63,756 nucleotides of DNA, filler included, from Trichosphaerium sp. ATCC 40318 (GCA_038496445.1; 3 parts of 3 records of this genome joined end to end with filler, not necessarily neighbours in it), one strand, 5' to 3'; shown: positions 35,499 to 48,300, numbered from the whole stretch's first letter. A program made the numbers and translations. The notes: generated by a model from the sequence alone, not told the origin.

Positions 35499-38400
35499 AT
35501 GGCAAAGCGAGACGCTCTAGTGCGAAGGTCACTCACACAAACTGATTTACAAGACTTTGAACTATCGTTTTGGTACAATTCACTGTACCTTGCTTTGCGC
35601 TACCATAATTCGCTAGGGACAAGGATAAACGGTTCGAAAATACTATCAGAAATAGAAAAGTCAGCTCTCCGCGAATAGCATGGCGTACGCGTTATTTTAT
35701 CTAAGTACATACGCAGGTTATAACGATAGCGTTATAGGCAACAAAAAGGAAGTAAGATCTGTATTTGGTTGGACGGACGTTCAAGACAACAAGGACGCTT
35801 CTTCACAGAGTAGCGGCGAAGAGAAAGAGCCAAAAAAGAAGGAGACGTTACAGGGAACCTTTTCTAATCAAAGCGATTTGCCTAAACTGCCAGTACCTTC
35901 GTTAGAAGATACTTGTAAACTGTACGTGACATCAACACGCGAATTCCCATCATGATGACACAAACACCCAATCATCGCTTTTTTTCGCTTCCTAAGCGCT
36001 CCGCTAACATTATTAAAGGTATTTGGAGTCTGTTAAACCGTTATCAACGATAGAAGACTTTATAACGACAAAAGCCGCTGTAGATGAGTTTATAGCGCCT
36101 GGAGGCGTAGGAGAAATGGTACCATAAGCGACAGGCATACCGGATAAACTTGTAACGCCCTTTTTAGCTTCAAAAAAAATTGGTTGCAAAAAGCCAAACT
36201 CGGTGTCCTAGCTGGCTTGAAGATTGGTGGGATGATAGTTATTGTGAAGGTAGAGCTCCCATTAGGTGCGTTGAACGCTTTGGTTCAGTCTGAAGAAAGA
36301 CTCACTCATTTGTTATTTTCTTGAAAGTTTTTTTAAGTTTTATTTTTTTTCTATCTTTAGTTGCCTGGAATCAACGTGTTGTGACCTGCAATCGAGTAAC
36401 CACAGTATCTTCTGCTGGGAATAAACTTTTGAGCTTCTACACTCTTCACCTAACCTTGAAAAGCATGATTCTTTAGTGTTTGTTTTTTTCTCTTAAACTT
36501 ATTTGATGCTTTAGTGTACACGTCAATTACTTTTATACTTTTGAAGATCAACCTCGTCCAGGTACCGTAGACTACTCAATTTATAGTACTAAAGTTAACG
36601 TCTATCGTAGAGGAACAAAATCAAGTATCACGAGCTGCAGGACTTCTTCATGGCGCATTGACATTCCGTCAAGAAATCGAAGCGAAAACATTATCACCTG
36701 ATTCTGAACGTGGTACACCTCTATGTATGAGTCAATACCCAAGATTATTCGCATGTTCTCGAGTACCTGGAAAGAAACGTGATCACCTCATCACGTATCA
36801 GAAAGAACCAATTGGTCGTGATTTCGGATCAAAAACAACGCAGTATGAATACTGTGACTCTAAACACGTGGTCGTGTTACATAAGGATAACTTTTACAGT
36901 ATGCGTGTATTAGATAAAGGATCTGTACGCTCTATATCGTACATAGAACAGTAAGACATTTAACAGAACTCAAAACAAACAAGGCCAAAGCTAATAATAT
37001 TTCTTCTTTAAATAGATGCTTGTCGTATATTTTAACCGATGCTCGTTCTCAAAAAACTCAGCTTCCTATTGGTACACTCACATCTGAAGAAAGAGATCAA
37101 TGGGCTACTGTAAGAGAAGATTTGATTGAGCATAGTAAGAAGAATGCCGATATATTAAAGGTTATACAGTCAGCTCTTATCATACTTTGTCTTGATGATA
37201 AAACACCTCAAAACGTTGAGGAACTCTGTCGTGTTGCACTTCACGGTACTGACCAAAAACTAATATTTATTAAAAAATCATTCTACTAATTGCACATCAA
37301 CACCTTTTACTGTCACGTGCACAGTGATCTGTTTTCGTGTTTTATGCTCTTGTTTTGTATTTATCTTTATATTTACTTTTGTTCGTTTAGGTGATGGCAG
37401 TAACCGTTGGTTTGATAAAAATCAACTCATAGTATGTCGTAATGGCAAAGCTGGTGTGGTATGGGAGCACGCATCCGCTGATGGAACATCAACTCTTCGA
37501 TTAGCTGATACAATGTATAAACACTGTTGCAAATATGGTTCAAAAGTTCCAAACACAAAGCCTCCAGCAAAACAAGACCGCCCAGAGAGATTACAATTCA
37601 AGTTATCCGAAGATATCAAAGACTCGATAAAAGCAGCATATCTTAAATACAGAGAACTCGTTCTTAATAATGCAACGTCAATGTTAAGGTTTACTAAATT
37701 TGGTGGAAAATGGATAAAAGAAAACAAAATGTCTCCTGATGCCTTTATCCAAATTGCTATACAATTAGCGTACTATAAGATGTTTGGTAACTGTTGCGCG
37801 TACGTACTAGTTTTACTCATAGTGAAGCATGATTTTGACAGGTAATGGTGCTTAGGACGTATGAGTCGGCATCAACAAGGACTTTTTTCCATGGACGTAC
37901 TGAAACTGTAAGAAGCTGTAGTTTGGCTTCTTTAGAGTTTGTAAAAAGCTCTTTTGCACCACTTCTAAGTTATGGTTTTGATAATAGACCATCACAATTA
38001 ACGCTGCTTAAACAAGCTGTTGAGTCTCATGTAGCATACATGAGAAAAGCAAAGAAGGTACGAAACTTTATTGAAAATTTTATTTCAAAACCAAAAATAC
38101 TTTCTTTGTTCTGTGGAGCCTTGTACAATATAATTTTCTTAAAGGGTATGGGAGTCGATAGGCACTTATTTGGTCTTGGTAAAATACTGGAAGAACTTCG
38201 AGCTAAAGGAGAAGGTAAGAAAACAGGATTGTTTTGTTTCTTGTCTTGGCTCACGATTGATTTTTTTAGACATTGAGGTTCCTCAGCTGTTTACAGATCC
38301 TAACTTCAAAAAATCAAGTCACTGGAAGCTTTCTTCTAGTCATTGTGGTTCACCTTCTTTAAGTGCTTTCGGATTTGGACCTGTAGTTACTAGAGGGTTT

Positions 38401-38953
38401 GGTATGACTTTTTTTTTCCGCTTTTTTTCTGACTTTTTTTTGTTCTCAACACAACAAACTATTCCCACCCGTTTAACTTTGTTTAGGTATTGGATACATG
38501 ATAAAGAATGATTCGATATCTTTTTGTGTTACAGGACAACTAAGCAAACACAGAGAAATTCTTATATCTAGTGAGTTATTCGCAAGCTTAGTAGAACAAA
38601 GTATACTTCACATGAACTCAATAGTTTTATCAAACCCAGAACACCAGGTACGCTGTGCTTTGAGTTCCAGCATTTGTGTTCGCCATCAACCCACATCTCT
38701 TGCACTTGGAGTTGTCCATTTTCATACTGTTCTTTGTTTTTACAACTACATCTTTTTAACGGACGCTTTATCAGATAGCTTGTTTTCAATGGTATGCTAA
38801 CTTCTTGGTTTTTTTTATAGATTCACGTGCCAAAGTCTTTAGAATTTACCCATCCTACTGGTATGTACTTCTTTTTAAAAATGGCATTGAACTTGAGTAT
38901 TAATGGATGTTTCCTTTGTAGTAAACTTGGCTCGATTCGCTTCAACAAACTGA
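35499..38953 (+). CDS. Carnitine/choline O-acyltransferase family protein
   Basis: LPKLPVPSLEDT, SWLEDWW, PLCMSQY, NRWFDK, catalytic EHASADG, SPDAFIQIAIQLAY, TYESASTRTFFHGRTET, GVDRHL, GFGPV. Start approximate. Confidence 0.93.
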
Positions 38954-39306
38954 ATAACTCAAAATCCTTTTTGAACATGACCTAGAAAGCACGTGATTGG
39001 TATTCTCTGTTACAAGCTTGTAAGTACCTGTATCGCTTCTGATATTGTTTTAATTGTTTAGAGATTGTTTATAGTGTTTGTAGTTTTATAAATGCAGCAA
39101 CTTGAGAGAATGTAGGTATTTAGTTATTTTGGTCAAAAATTCTCAGTCGATTTTATTCTGACAACTGCTTTAGTTTTTTCACTCAACTATTATTCTGTAT
39201 GTTACTTTTCTATTAAATTTTAAGAATTACAATGACCTCGACATATAAGGATACCGACCTGGTGCAAATAACACAACGCACAACTAGTAGTCCTGAGGCG
39301 ATCCAA

Positions 39307-41016
39307 TCAATGTTGATGTCTCGATTTTAATCCCATCTTCTTCACCAACAAATACCTTGAAAGTTCATAGCTCCAAGGTGCTGCATTGGTACCTTGCTCA
39401 TCTAGTAAGGACATATAGTAAAGAGCTTGTTTTGACACAACACCAGTTGTGAGAGCATCTATTATTCCCTTATCAATAGCATCATCACTATTAGCTAACG
39501 CTTCATCAACTTCAGAGGGATCACACTTCTGCCAATCCAAAATATAATCAAGGGCAGTCTTGCCTTCATGATTCTTTATTGTAGCATCAACACCAGACAT
39601 AACAAGCTGGAAAATCATTTGAGGATTAAAACTTTTGCAAGCAGCAATGAGCGCAGTGTCACCAAGAATATCTTGGTGGTTAGGTATGAAGTTTTTGTGT
39701 TTGCAAATGATTTTAGAAAATTCACCGTACTCTAATGTTTGATGTTTGTCATCAACCTCTGCAATCTTAAAAGCAATGGTCCGTCCATCTTCATCAGGTT
39801 CAAAAATATTGAGGTTTTCCCAATAAGGAATAATTGCTTCATCAAGTAGCAATTCATAATCCTCTCTAATAAACCACATCCAAAATATATCAATATCAAA
39901 CAAGTGCAATCCATTAACTAATATATCATATCTGGGACTATAGTGCAGAAAAGACCATCCTCTATTATCTCTAAGGTTAAAATCAAAGGATTCACATGTA
40001 TCAATGTTGTCTATTGATAAATCCTCCCCTATGTACATCAATACTGTTTTGCCAAAGTTATCTCTAAGGTTAAAGTCGATTTGGTGTTTTTTCACAGTGC
40101 TGTAGATTTTACTATATACCTCACCACTAGCACTCACCTCAGCCCTATCAGCTGCAACATGTAAAGGTGTCATACCAAATACATCAACATTTGTATAAAT
40201 ACTATTTCCATGAATCTTTTCTAGTTTCTTTAGTTTCTTGGTTAAATGACGTGGAGCGTGTTGAATCAATCCTGTGATATTACTGAACCTTTCATAAGCA
40301 AACTGGTTTGATCCATCTTTTAAAACATAACAATCATCTTGGTACAGGTCAACCTCATCTTCTTCGTCCTCTTGGTCACTACATACATATACCTCATCTT
40401 CCTTTGCATTTTCGTTACTATACTCAACGCCAAAAACCCTGCAGAATTCCTGACAGCTATCCCAGTTAATAGCAGTACTTATTGAATGCCGTTCTAATTG
40501 AGATCTTTGTAGGGTCAACTTCTCAACATCCGCATCTTTGATACATTCTGCCGTTTCAGAAAAGCACGTGAATTGTTTTATTATGTATGATTCAGCGCTT
40601 GTTTGAAGTAATAACAAGGCTTCTGGTGACCAACCAAAACCCCTTATCATAAGCCTGCTGATGCTAGAAACTAGTGTGCTAAATGCTGTGCTTTCAATTG
40701 CGAAGTTCTCTGGATGGTATGTGGTGTATTTAAAGTGTACTGGAACGTAATCAAACCAAAACTCCCGTATCGTTTGGTTTTTATAAAATGGGAACATCAA
40801 ATATATGTTTAACCGCTTGCAAAGTAAGACAAAGAAGCTGTCGGGAAGGTGTTGGATGTATTTGCGGAATCTATGGCAAGTTCGCTTCATTATGATAGGA
40901 ACGCGCACTGGGTTGCTAAAAACGAACAGTAGTAACGCTAGCATGTCATCTGGAAGCTGTTGAATATGATTTATGGGTGGTTCGTCATAAATACGCAAGC
41001 TTTTCACTTCAGACAT
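39307..41016 (-). CDS. Intronless F-box / histone-H3-like fold / ankyrin-repeat protein (569 aa)
   Basis: LPDDML..TCHRF F-box; residues ~95-170 resemble the H3 fold; acidic linker; ankyrin motifs GMTPLHVA, GKTVLMY, GDTALIAA, GKTALDY. Confidence 0.8.
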   Translation of the reverse strand: MSEVKSLRIYDEPPINHIQQLPDDMLALLLFVFSNPVRVPIIMKRTCHRFRKYIQHLPDSFFVLLCKRLNIYLMFPFYKNQTIREFWFDYVPVHFKYTTYHPENFAIESTAFSTLVSSISRLMIRGFGWSPEALLLLQTSAESYIIKQFTCFSETAECIKDADVEKLTLQRSQLERHSISTAINWDSCQEFCRVFGVEYSNENAKEDEVYVCSDQEDEEDEVDLYQDDCYVLKDGSNQFAYERFSNITGLIQHAPRHLTKKLKKLEKIHGNSIYTNVDVFGMTPLHVAADRAEVSASGEVYSKIYSTVKKHQIDFNLRDNFGKTVLMYIGEDLSIDNIDTCESFDFNLRDNRGWSFLHYSPRYDILVNGLHLFDIDIFWMWFIREDYELLLDEAIIPYWENLNIFEPDEDGRTIAFKIAEVDDKHQTLEYGEFSKIICKHKNFIPNHQDILGDTALIAACKSFNPQMIFQLVMSGVDATIKNHEGKTALDYILDWQKCDPSEVDEALANSDDAIDKGIIDALTTGVVSKQALYYMSLLDEQGTNAAPWSYELSRYLLVKKMGLKSRHQH

Positions 41017-41695
41017 TGTTTATCTATATCCTAAATCGCATTAGATAGTCGTTTTAAACATGAGCTTACCGTTTTATTATTTGCTTTCGAAAGAACAGTC
41101 GACGAAGTTTAGAGTTCTAGGCGATAGATGTGGATAAGTACTAGTAATGAATGGTATGATTTTGGTCCAGGCTAGTCTGTTTCAGATCACGTGATATTTT
41201 TTTTGTTTTGCATTTTAGTTTACAGTTAAATCTTTGCAAGTACAAGGAAGGAGACGTTCAAGACCACTTCCCTACACATGTAGATGTGTATCAACAAAAA
41301 CTACAAGGTAACTCAGAAAAACATGGGAAAACTGAAACATGTAGTGATTGCTTTCTAATGGCTTGGCTCTTAAAAACTGTTTTTTGTCCAATGGCTTATA
41401 AACTTTATTCCATGCGCTATGTGCTTCAACCGCGATTCTATTACGACCACTAAACGTTCTAACAGCAAGACCATATATTAGGTACCGTTGAAGACTAAGC
41501 CTGTCTCTGAAGACTGTCTGTCTAGTCACTATCTCAAGCTTTGATAAAAAGTAGTGAACATGCAACATAAATGGTTGCTAATTCTAGGGAAGTCAAGCAT
41601 ACATTTCAACTGTAACAAACAGCTTTATTGTATCTCAACAGGCATACAATAATCAAAAGCGTGCCAACGATAAACGGCTAACCTGTTTTAACAAA

Positions 41696-42520
41696 ATGAA
41701 CAGGGAATACACGGAATATACCCCAATCGAGCTTGTAGCGCTTCCAGTAGAAGTAATAGTTCATATCCTCAATCAAGGAACATTTACACTCCTTGCAGCT
41801 CAAACGTGCCGCTTATTACGAGATATCATTCACAAGTTCATTGGCTATGGCGAAATCAGTGTCAAGAGCGAAAGCGAAGTGACAATTCTTTCTGGAAGTC
41901 CTTTACTGAAGAACACAGCTATATTTCTTTGTAACTATGATACAAAGAACAAGCATCTGCAGCTACTTTCGGGCATACACACTATTAACCTATTGGACTG
42001 CCAATCAATAACAGATGAAGGCATCAAAGCTTTAGCATGTGTACATAAAATCGATTTGTCAATGACAAATGTAACAGATGAAGGTTTAAAGGCAATTGCA
42101 GGTGTACACACTATCTCATTATATGAATGCCATAAAATAACAGATGAAGGCATCAAGGCTCTGGCAGGTGTACATGAAATCAATTTAGTACAAACAAATG
42201 TAACAGATGAAGGTTTGAAAGCATTGACTGGTGTACACACTATTTGGCTATGTTTGAACAGATTAATAACAGATGAAGGTGTTAAGGCTTTAGCAGGAGT
42301 ACATACTATTGACTTGTATGAGTGCACATCAATAACAGATGAGGGTATCAAACCGTTGGCAGGTGTACATGAAATCAACATAGCACGTACAAAAGTTACA
42401 GATGAAGGTTTAAAGGCAATTGCAGGTGTACATACTATCTCATTTTCTGGTATGACAAAAGAGCACATCAAGGCATTGACTGATGCCCACCAGATTACAG
42501 TGATGCTAGGCTATGGTTAG
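41696..42520 (+). CDS. Intronless F-box / LRR protein
   Basis: LPVEVIVHIL..QTCRLL, then alternating 21/22-aa (I/V)TDEG(I/L)KALAGVHxIxL repeats. Confidence 0.88.
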   Translation: MNREYTEYTPIELVALPVEVIVHILNQGTFTLLAAQTCRLLRDIIHKFIGYGEISVKSESEVTILSGSPLLKNTAIFLCNYDTKNKHLQLLSGIHTINLLDCQSITDEGIKALACVHKIDLSMTNVTDEGLKAIAGVHTISLYECHKITDEGIKALAGVHEINLVQTNVTDEGLKALTGVHTIWLCLNRLITDEGVKALAGVHTIDLYECTSITDEGIKPLAGVHEINIARTKVTDEGLKAIAGVHTISFSGMTKEHIKALTDAHQITVMLGYG

Positions 42521-42889
42521 TTTTTCTGTACAGCTAACAATTTTTATGGCAACAGTTTTGCTTGCCATGGCTTATTCACCTTTAAAGACACGCAGGAAAG
42601 TGTCATACAGTCTAGTGCTCAGTTATCCACAAGATTCAATCAAAAATAAATAAAAACTTTAAATTTAACACAAGGTACTTGAGGATTACTTATATGCTTG
42701 ATAAAACTGTAAAAAGAACTTTGCAACATATTTTGCCAGCGTCGATCCTCAAGATTTCAGTGATTGTTGATGTAACTCATTCTTCTTGATTGTCGTACTA
42801 CTTACAATAAACACTTTCTCAGCTATTGTAAGGAACAATGCTGCTTTCAGTTCCGGTTACCCTTTTGCAGGCACGGCATTATTTTAATC

Positions 42890-43077
42890 TAAATATATAT
42901 CTAGAACGTGATAGAAAGGTGTTAGGATTACCTGGATCGCAACAAGACTTGGTAGAGAGCATAGAGACTGCTACAAACACTTGCGTTGTACTCATTAATG
43001 GAGGTTCTTTGAGTATTCCTTGTATACACAATAATTCAAATACCATACTAGAGCTGATTAGACCTCTTACTTACTAG
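42890..43077 (+). pseudogene. Fragment of a GH3 (beta-xylosidase/glucosidase) C-terminal domain
   Basis: ERDRKVLGLPGSQQDLVE....CVVLINGG matches the GH3_C DRxxLxLPGxQxxL..VVVLxxGG motif; isolated exon-sized piece. Confidence 0.65.
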
Positions 43078-43087
43078 ATGTGTTGGT

Positions 43088-43570
43088 TATAGGCTGTGCT
43101 ATCAGTGGGATATAAGTTCTACATTCAATCAGTTACAACTTCCGTAAGCGGTGGTCAACTAAGAGTTACTGTAAAGATGTTTAACAGGGTACACTGAAAT
43201 ACAATTTAAATTACTATTACAACAGCTAACTTGTCTTTACAGGGTAATGCTCCTTTTTACTACCCATTACGATTGACAATGGACTATGGTAGTTCCACAG
43301 TAAAATTCCCTGGTAAGATGCTTTTTATCTTTTGTGCCTTCTCCTTTAGCTAAAGAACGTGTTGAGCATCAAGAGCATAGGAAAGTGAGTTTCCTTTTTG
43401 AAGAGTAAAAATATTGTTTGAAGGTGCTGGAGAAGGTGATGGTCCGCTTCTGCCTAATATAAAGTTACATGTAAGAAGATTAAATAGTGACGTTGATTGG
43501 ATATGTAGTGACAGTTGAGGTGTGTACTGAAGCTGTCAATTTTCCATTTGTATTAGCACCCTTTTTGTTT
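43088..43570. pseudogene. Scrambled partial copy of the 23393-26123 hydrolase gene (or a close paralogue)
   Basis: 43088-43365 matches the reverse complement of ~24280-24556 including introns; 43367-43570 matches parts of ~23916-24095 in direct orientation. Confidence 0.85.
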
Positions 43571-43829
43571 GAACCAGAAAATAACAGTAAAACTTGAATG
43601 AGACAGACAATAAAACAGTTTATGACTTGAGACCAAAACAGCCAGTTAATGGGAACTGTTTAATAAAGTTGTTTCGTAAACACTTCTACTTTTACATCAT
43701 CAGCTTCTAGCTCCTGGAGAAGCTTTACAAACTTTATTGCATTTCTTTCAAATTGAGCATGTTTTTCTTCATCTGGCTTGGCGTCCCAAGTAAACTTGAA
43801 TGAGCTCAAAATTATCCCTACAAGCTACT

Positions 43830-44318
43830 TCAGGTATTTAACATAATGAACAAATAGTGGACATACAAAAATTGACGTAGTGCAGTGGCAGCCTTTGTAC
43901 TGTTTCCAAAGATACTGTACTTTTTAGCAACACGGAGCATGGCCTTGTTTAGATCTTTGATGGTATTGAGCTTAGTGATATAGTGGCGACGACAAGAGCA
44001 AGAGTAGTCCAATTTATCATTGAATAAGTCTTCTATGTCATGTAGTTTTGATAATTGTACAGAGGACACAATTGAGCGCTTGGACGCAAGTAGTTTGCCT
44101 GTGTGGAGATAAATAGTTAAATCGTTTGTGGTGCCCAACTTTGGGTTCTTTGGCTGGTTTGTATGCCGATTAGAATTCTTTCTGGCAATATCAATGTATA
44201 GAATATGCTCTGTGCATATGTTGTAGCTTTTTTGCATAATTTCTGAAATCTCACTGTATATGTCTGAATTAATAGCAGCAAGGGCAGTAATTTTTTTTAG
44301 TAGCGTTAGGTTGTCCAT
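43830..44318 (-). CDS. Unknown protein, paralogue of 44405-45131 (second exon probably extends to ~43660)
   Basis: 162-aa ORF; shares IEDLFND.L.Y...LN..MLRVA.KY..F.......L.QFL with its neighbour. Confidence 0.55.
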   Translation of the reverse strand: MDNLTLLKKITALAAINSDIYSEISEIMQKSYNICTEHILYIDIARKNSNRHTNQPKNPKLGTTNDLTIYLHTGKLLASKRSIVSSVQLSKLHDIEDLFNDKLDYSCSCRRHYITKLNTIKDLNKAMLRVAKKYSIFGNSTKAATALRQFLYVHYLFIMLNT

Positions 44319-44404
44319 GAGTAGTGTTGATCATCATGAGTTAAGTCGTTTTTTCTCTGAGAGATATTGAGTCACATATTTCTGTTGAACGTCTTAAACA
44401 CTTG

Positions 44405-45131
44405 ATGTCTAAGCTTAATCAATCTCTGAGAGATGGTCAGGAAAAGTATTTCAACTACGACAAAATGAATACACGTAGGAATGAACTGATGGATAAAACA
44501 AGGGCACTAAATAGTATAAAAACACAAGCGGCAATAAACAAAGTCATAATTGATGAAATTAATCCACTATTTCGAACAGACCATCGCTATGTACAAGCAT
44601 ACCATCTATTAAAATCTCCGAACCTGATAGGAAATATGTATTTCAATGCCCCAGAAAATCCCTCAGGCCAGTTACAGCAACTCTAAGAGTAACAGAAACT
44701 TTCACAGACAGCACTTCCATTGCTGTTGGTTGTATCAGGAGTCATTACGAGCATGCAAGATGTAGCAACATCGAAGACTTATTCAATGACAATCTAAAAT
44801 ACACCTTTTCAACATTTTATGAGATTGTTCATTTAAACAACACCATGCTTCGGGTAGCTATGAAATATGACTACTTTGAGGACAGCTTGAAGATCGTGGA
44901 AATACTGGAACAATTCTTGTAAGCGCTCATTGATCTAGGGTAAATCTAACATATTTTAGGAATAATCTTGTGGTTTTGCACAAACACCTTGAGTGGATTC
45001 AGATTGCGCTGCGAGATACTCCTAGAGATGAAGAAAAACACTTGAAGATGGTAAATAAGGTAAGGAGCTCAACAAATGCTACGAGAATTGGAAAAAGATG
45101 GAACAATAAGGAAGACAAGCGCCGCTACTAA
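44405..45131 (+). pseudogene. Disrupted paralogue of 43830-44318, head-to-head
   Basis: First ORF stops at 44686; downstream NIEDLFNDNLKY..LNNTMLRVAMKYDYF..LEQFL followed by an intron at the same position as in the neighbour. Confidence 0.55.
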
Positions 45132-45226
45132 ACTTAGAAAAAACTGAGAACACGGTTCATTTTGTTGAAGAAGCTGTGTTGTAACAGGCTTTATAAGGTT
45201 TACTTAAGTAACATGCTGTTATTTGT

Positions 45227-45326
45227 NNNNNNNNNNNNNNNNNNNNNNNNNNNNNNNNNNNNNNNNNNNNTTAATTAATTAANNNNNNNNNNNNNNNNNN
45301 NNNNNNNNNNNNNNNNNNNNNNNNNN
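45227..45326. other. Artificial contig spacer
   Basis: N44-TTAATTAATTAA-N44. Confidence 0.97.
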
Positions 45327-45359
45327 ACATATTGCGGATTCGCATGCTCTACGCTTACA

Positions 45360-48300
45360 ATGATGATGGATAAAATAGAAAGTAAATCCTCTGTCAAATT
45401 GCTACAATCTAAGAGTTCACAATGTAACTACCGTGAAAATGCTCGTAATCTTGATATACTGAAGCTAAAACGCGGGTTATCGCGTAAAATGCCTTCGGTG
45501 TTGGTATGTACGCTGTTGTAGCGTAATCTAATAAGAGTGGTAGGAATACTCAGCGTTACATTGGTGTATTGCTGATGGAGACACTGAAAACACCAAACGG
45601 CTCGTAGAAAATACCAATGACGTTAATGCTCGCGATAAATGGGGTTCGTTGCCTTATTAGTACCATAGATAAAACTAAGAATCTTCGCGTAGGAAATACA
45701 CCACTGCATCTAGCTTGCCGTGAAGGTACAATTGATGAGTTATTTGTATTTTTAACTTAGTTTTGAATACTTACATGAATACTAAAGGTAGCCGTGCAAC
45801 AATGTTCTACTTGCTTGAAAACGGCGCAGGCATCAGTTTACAAAATTATATGGTGACGTTTGGTTTTTTATTGTTAAAACATACGCTAACAAGCAGTTTC
45901 AGGGTATTGACGCTTGTGGTATTGCAAAGTATCGTAACTTTGGGCCATTACGACAGTTTTTATTGAACAAGACTATAACAACGACTACCCCGACACAATT
46001 GGATTTTTCGGGTTTAAACCTCAAGTTCATACCTTCAGGCAAGAAATAACAACAATCAAAAAACGTTGTGTTTTTTTTTTCGAATAGAGAAATGTTCCTT
46101 TACTGACGTTTGGTTATTAGAGATATACTCTTGCACAAAGCTTAAGAAACTGGATCTAAGTTACAATAATATTGAGTGCTTGCCCTCTCAGATAACTAAG
46201 CTTGAGAACTTGCAGAGTCTAAACGTACAGCGCCTTTCAAAACCAAACCAAATTCCTGATTTTTTTTTTCTGACAATGAGGACACTAGTTCCCCTTGAGC
46301 TTCTATGTGAAGAAGTATTTAATCTTCTCTCCGAGTCATACTATACAAAACAGCCTCTGCTTCTTGAGACGTGCTAAGGCGTGAATAACTAATTATATTT
46401 AGTTATCCCATAATTACTTACCCGAACTACCACCTGAATTGGCTCAGATGACATCTTTATCAGAACTTCGCGTTGAGAGGAATAACTTGGATATTGAGCA
46501 AAGCATTATTAACAAGTACTTATGAGACTCTTGACTTATTCCTTACTTTGCGTCTGTAGAGGGACTGCTAGTATTATAAGACATTTAAAAACAAGGTTGA
46601 CGGATAATCTTAAACCTTGGCACAAAATTAAACTGTTGTTTGTTGGCAAAGAAGGAGTTGGTATGCTATAGTTTACATGCTACATAATTTTGCTAGTACT
46701 AATACGTGTCTTGGTAGGTAAAACAACATTGTTACGATGTTTGAGAACTAGTAAATTTAGCGGTAAAGATTTATCAACAGATGGCATAGATATGGCTGGT
46801 ATGTCCAGTTTATTGCGTCTTAGGGACCTTTCATGTTATTACTTAGCGTTTTATTAACACGTGAGCTTTTTTATAGAGTGGGTGAACGGCAAAGTTAATT
46901 TTAATTGTATGGACTTTGGTGGACAAGAAGTTTTCTATCCAACACATAGATTATTCCTTACTAAGAGATCTATTTACTTGATTATATTTAATCTTCATGA
47001 TATGGACTCTCTAGTGAGACTTGAGTATTGGTTAAGGTGGATAAAACATACACAAAAACTTGTAGGCAAGTGAAGAAGAAAAGAATTCTTACGAAAAAGT
47101 TTTTTCTTTTTGTTTAACTGTTTCTTTTACAACAGGTCCACCTGTCATTATTGTTGGTACACATATGGATTTAGTACCTTCGGATAAGATAGCGGCTATT
47201 ATAAAGTCCATCAAGAAGAGGTATAAGTCTAAGTTTCCAAACATTAAAGATATTATTGCTGTAAGCAGTAAAGATAAGAAAAATATAGCTTACCTCAAAA
47301 AACGCCTTCAAGAGTACGTATAGATATCCAATCGCATACAGTATCCTTCTCTTAATTTTCTATGAACAGGGTTGCACTACGATCAGCTATACTAAAAATG
47401 AGAGTTCCAAAATCTTGGTAGGTGAAACACGTGTTTGTTTGACTATTTTTTTTTCCTTGCTTACAGTTTCCTAATAGGAAAATTTTTTGGAATTTCTTGA
47501 GTGAGTACAAGAAGAAGCATGGTGCTACTGTAAAATGGGGAAAATATTGCACATGGGCTAAACAAGCAAATATACCGTCAGGGTATGAGATGTCGTCATT
47601 TGATTTATTTGCTTCGACTTATTGTTGTTAATAGATCACTCCAAAACTTGACTTCTTTTCTTCATGATATTGGTGCAGTAATGCACTTTAACGAACCTAA
47701 CTTGAGGCACCTTGTCATTCTAAGTAAGCTTTAAGTATTAATTACTATATACTCATATTTGTTCGTTATAGATTGCAAGTGGCTTGCAGATGTAATGAAG
47801 TCTTTAGTGTCTATGACACAAAATTATGTTTCAAAAGGAATGTTGAGTGTTAAGCACTTACCACTTATTTGGAAACAGTTTCCTTCATCTGAACGCAAAA
47901 CTCTTCTTGATATCCTAGAGAAGTTCGAGATTATATTTCCTATTGACAAGGAGTGTGCTGAGCGTCTATGCGCTAAAGACATAGCACAACGTGCGTACTA
48001 AACGAAGTCATGTTTGATGTTTACTAAAATTGTCTCTAGATTACTTTACACCCAATGTAGGCCGACGACAAAGCTCAAAACGTCTCTCAGCGCCTGCTTT
48101 CAAAAAAAGACCTCATCAAGTTGATCAGTTCACAGCTTTTAGAGGATCACGTGACGAATCAAGTTGGCAATATAATAGTTTACAGTGTATGTATTTTTTT
48201 TTCAAATGAATTGTTCTGTTAATGTTGACACGATGTTATAGCTGTAAGAGAATCAGAAGTCGTTTCAGCAGCTAAATCTACTAGTACGTTTTTTTGGAAA

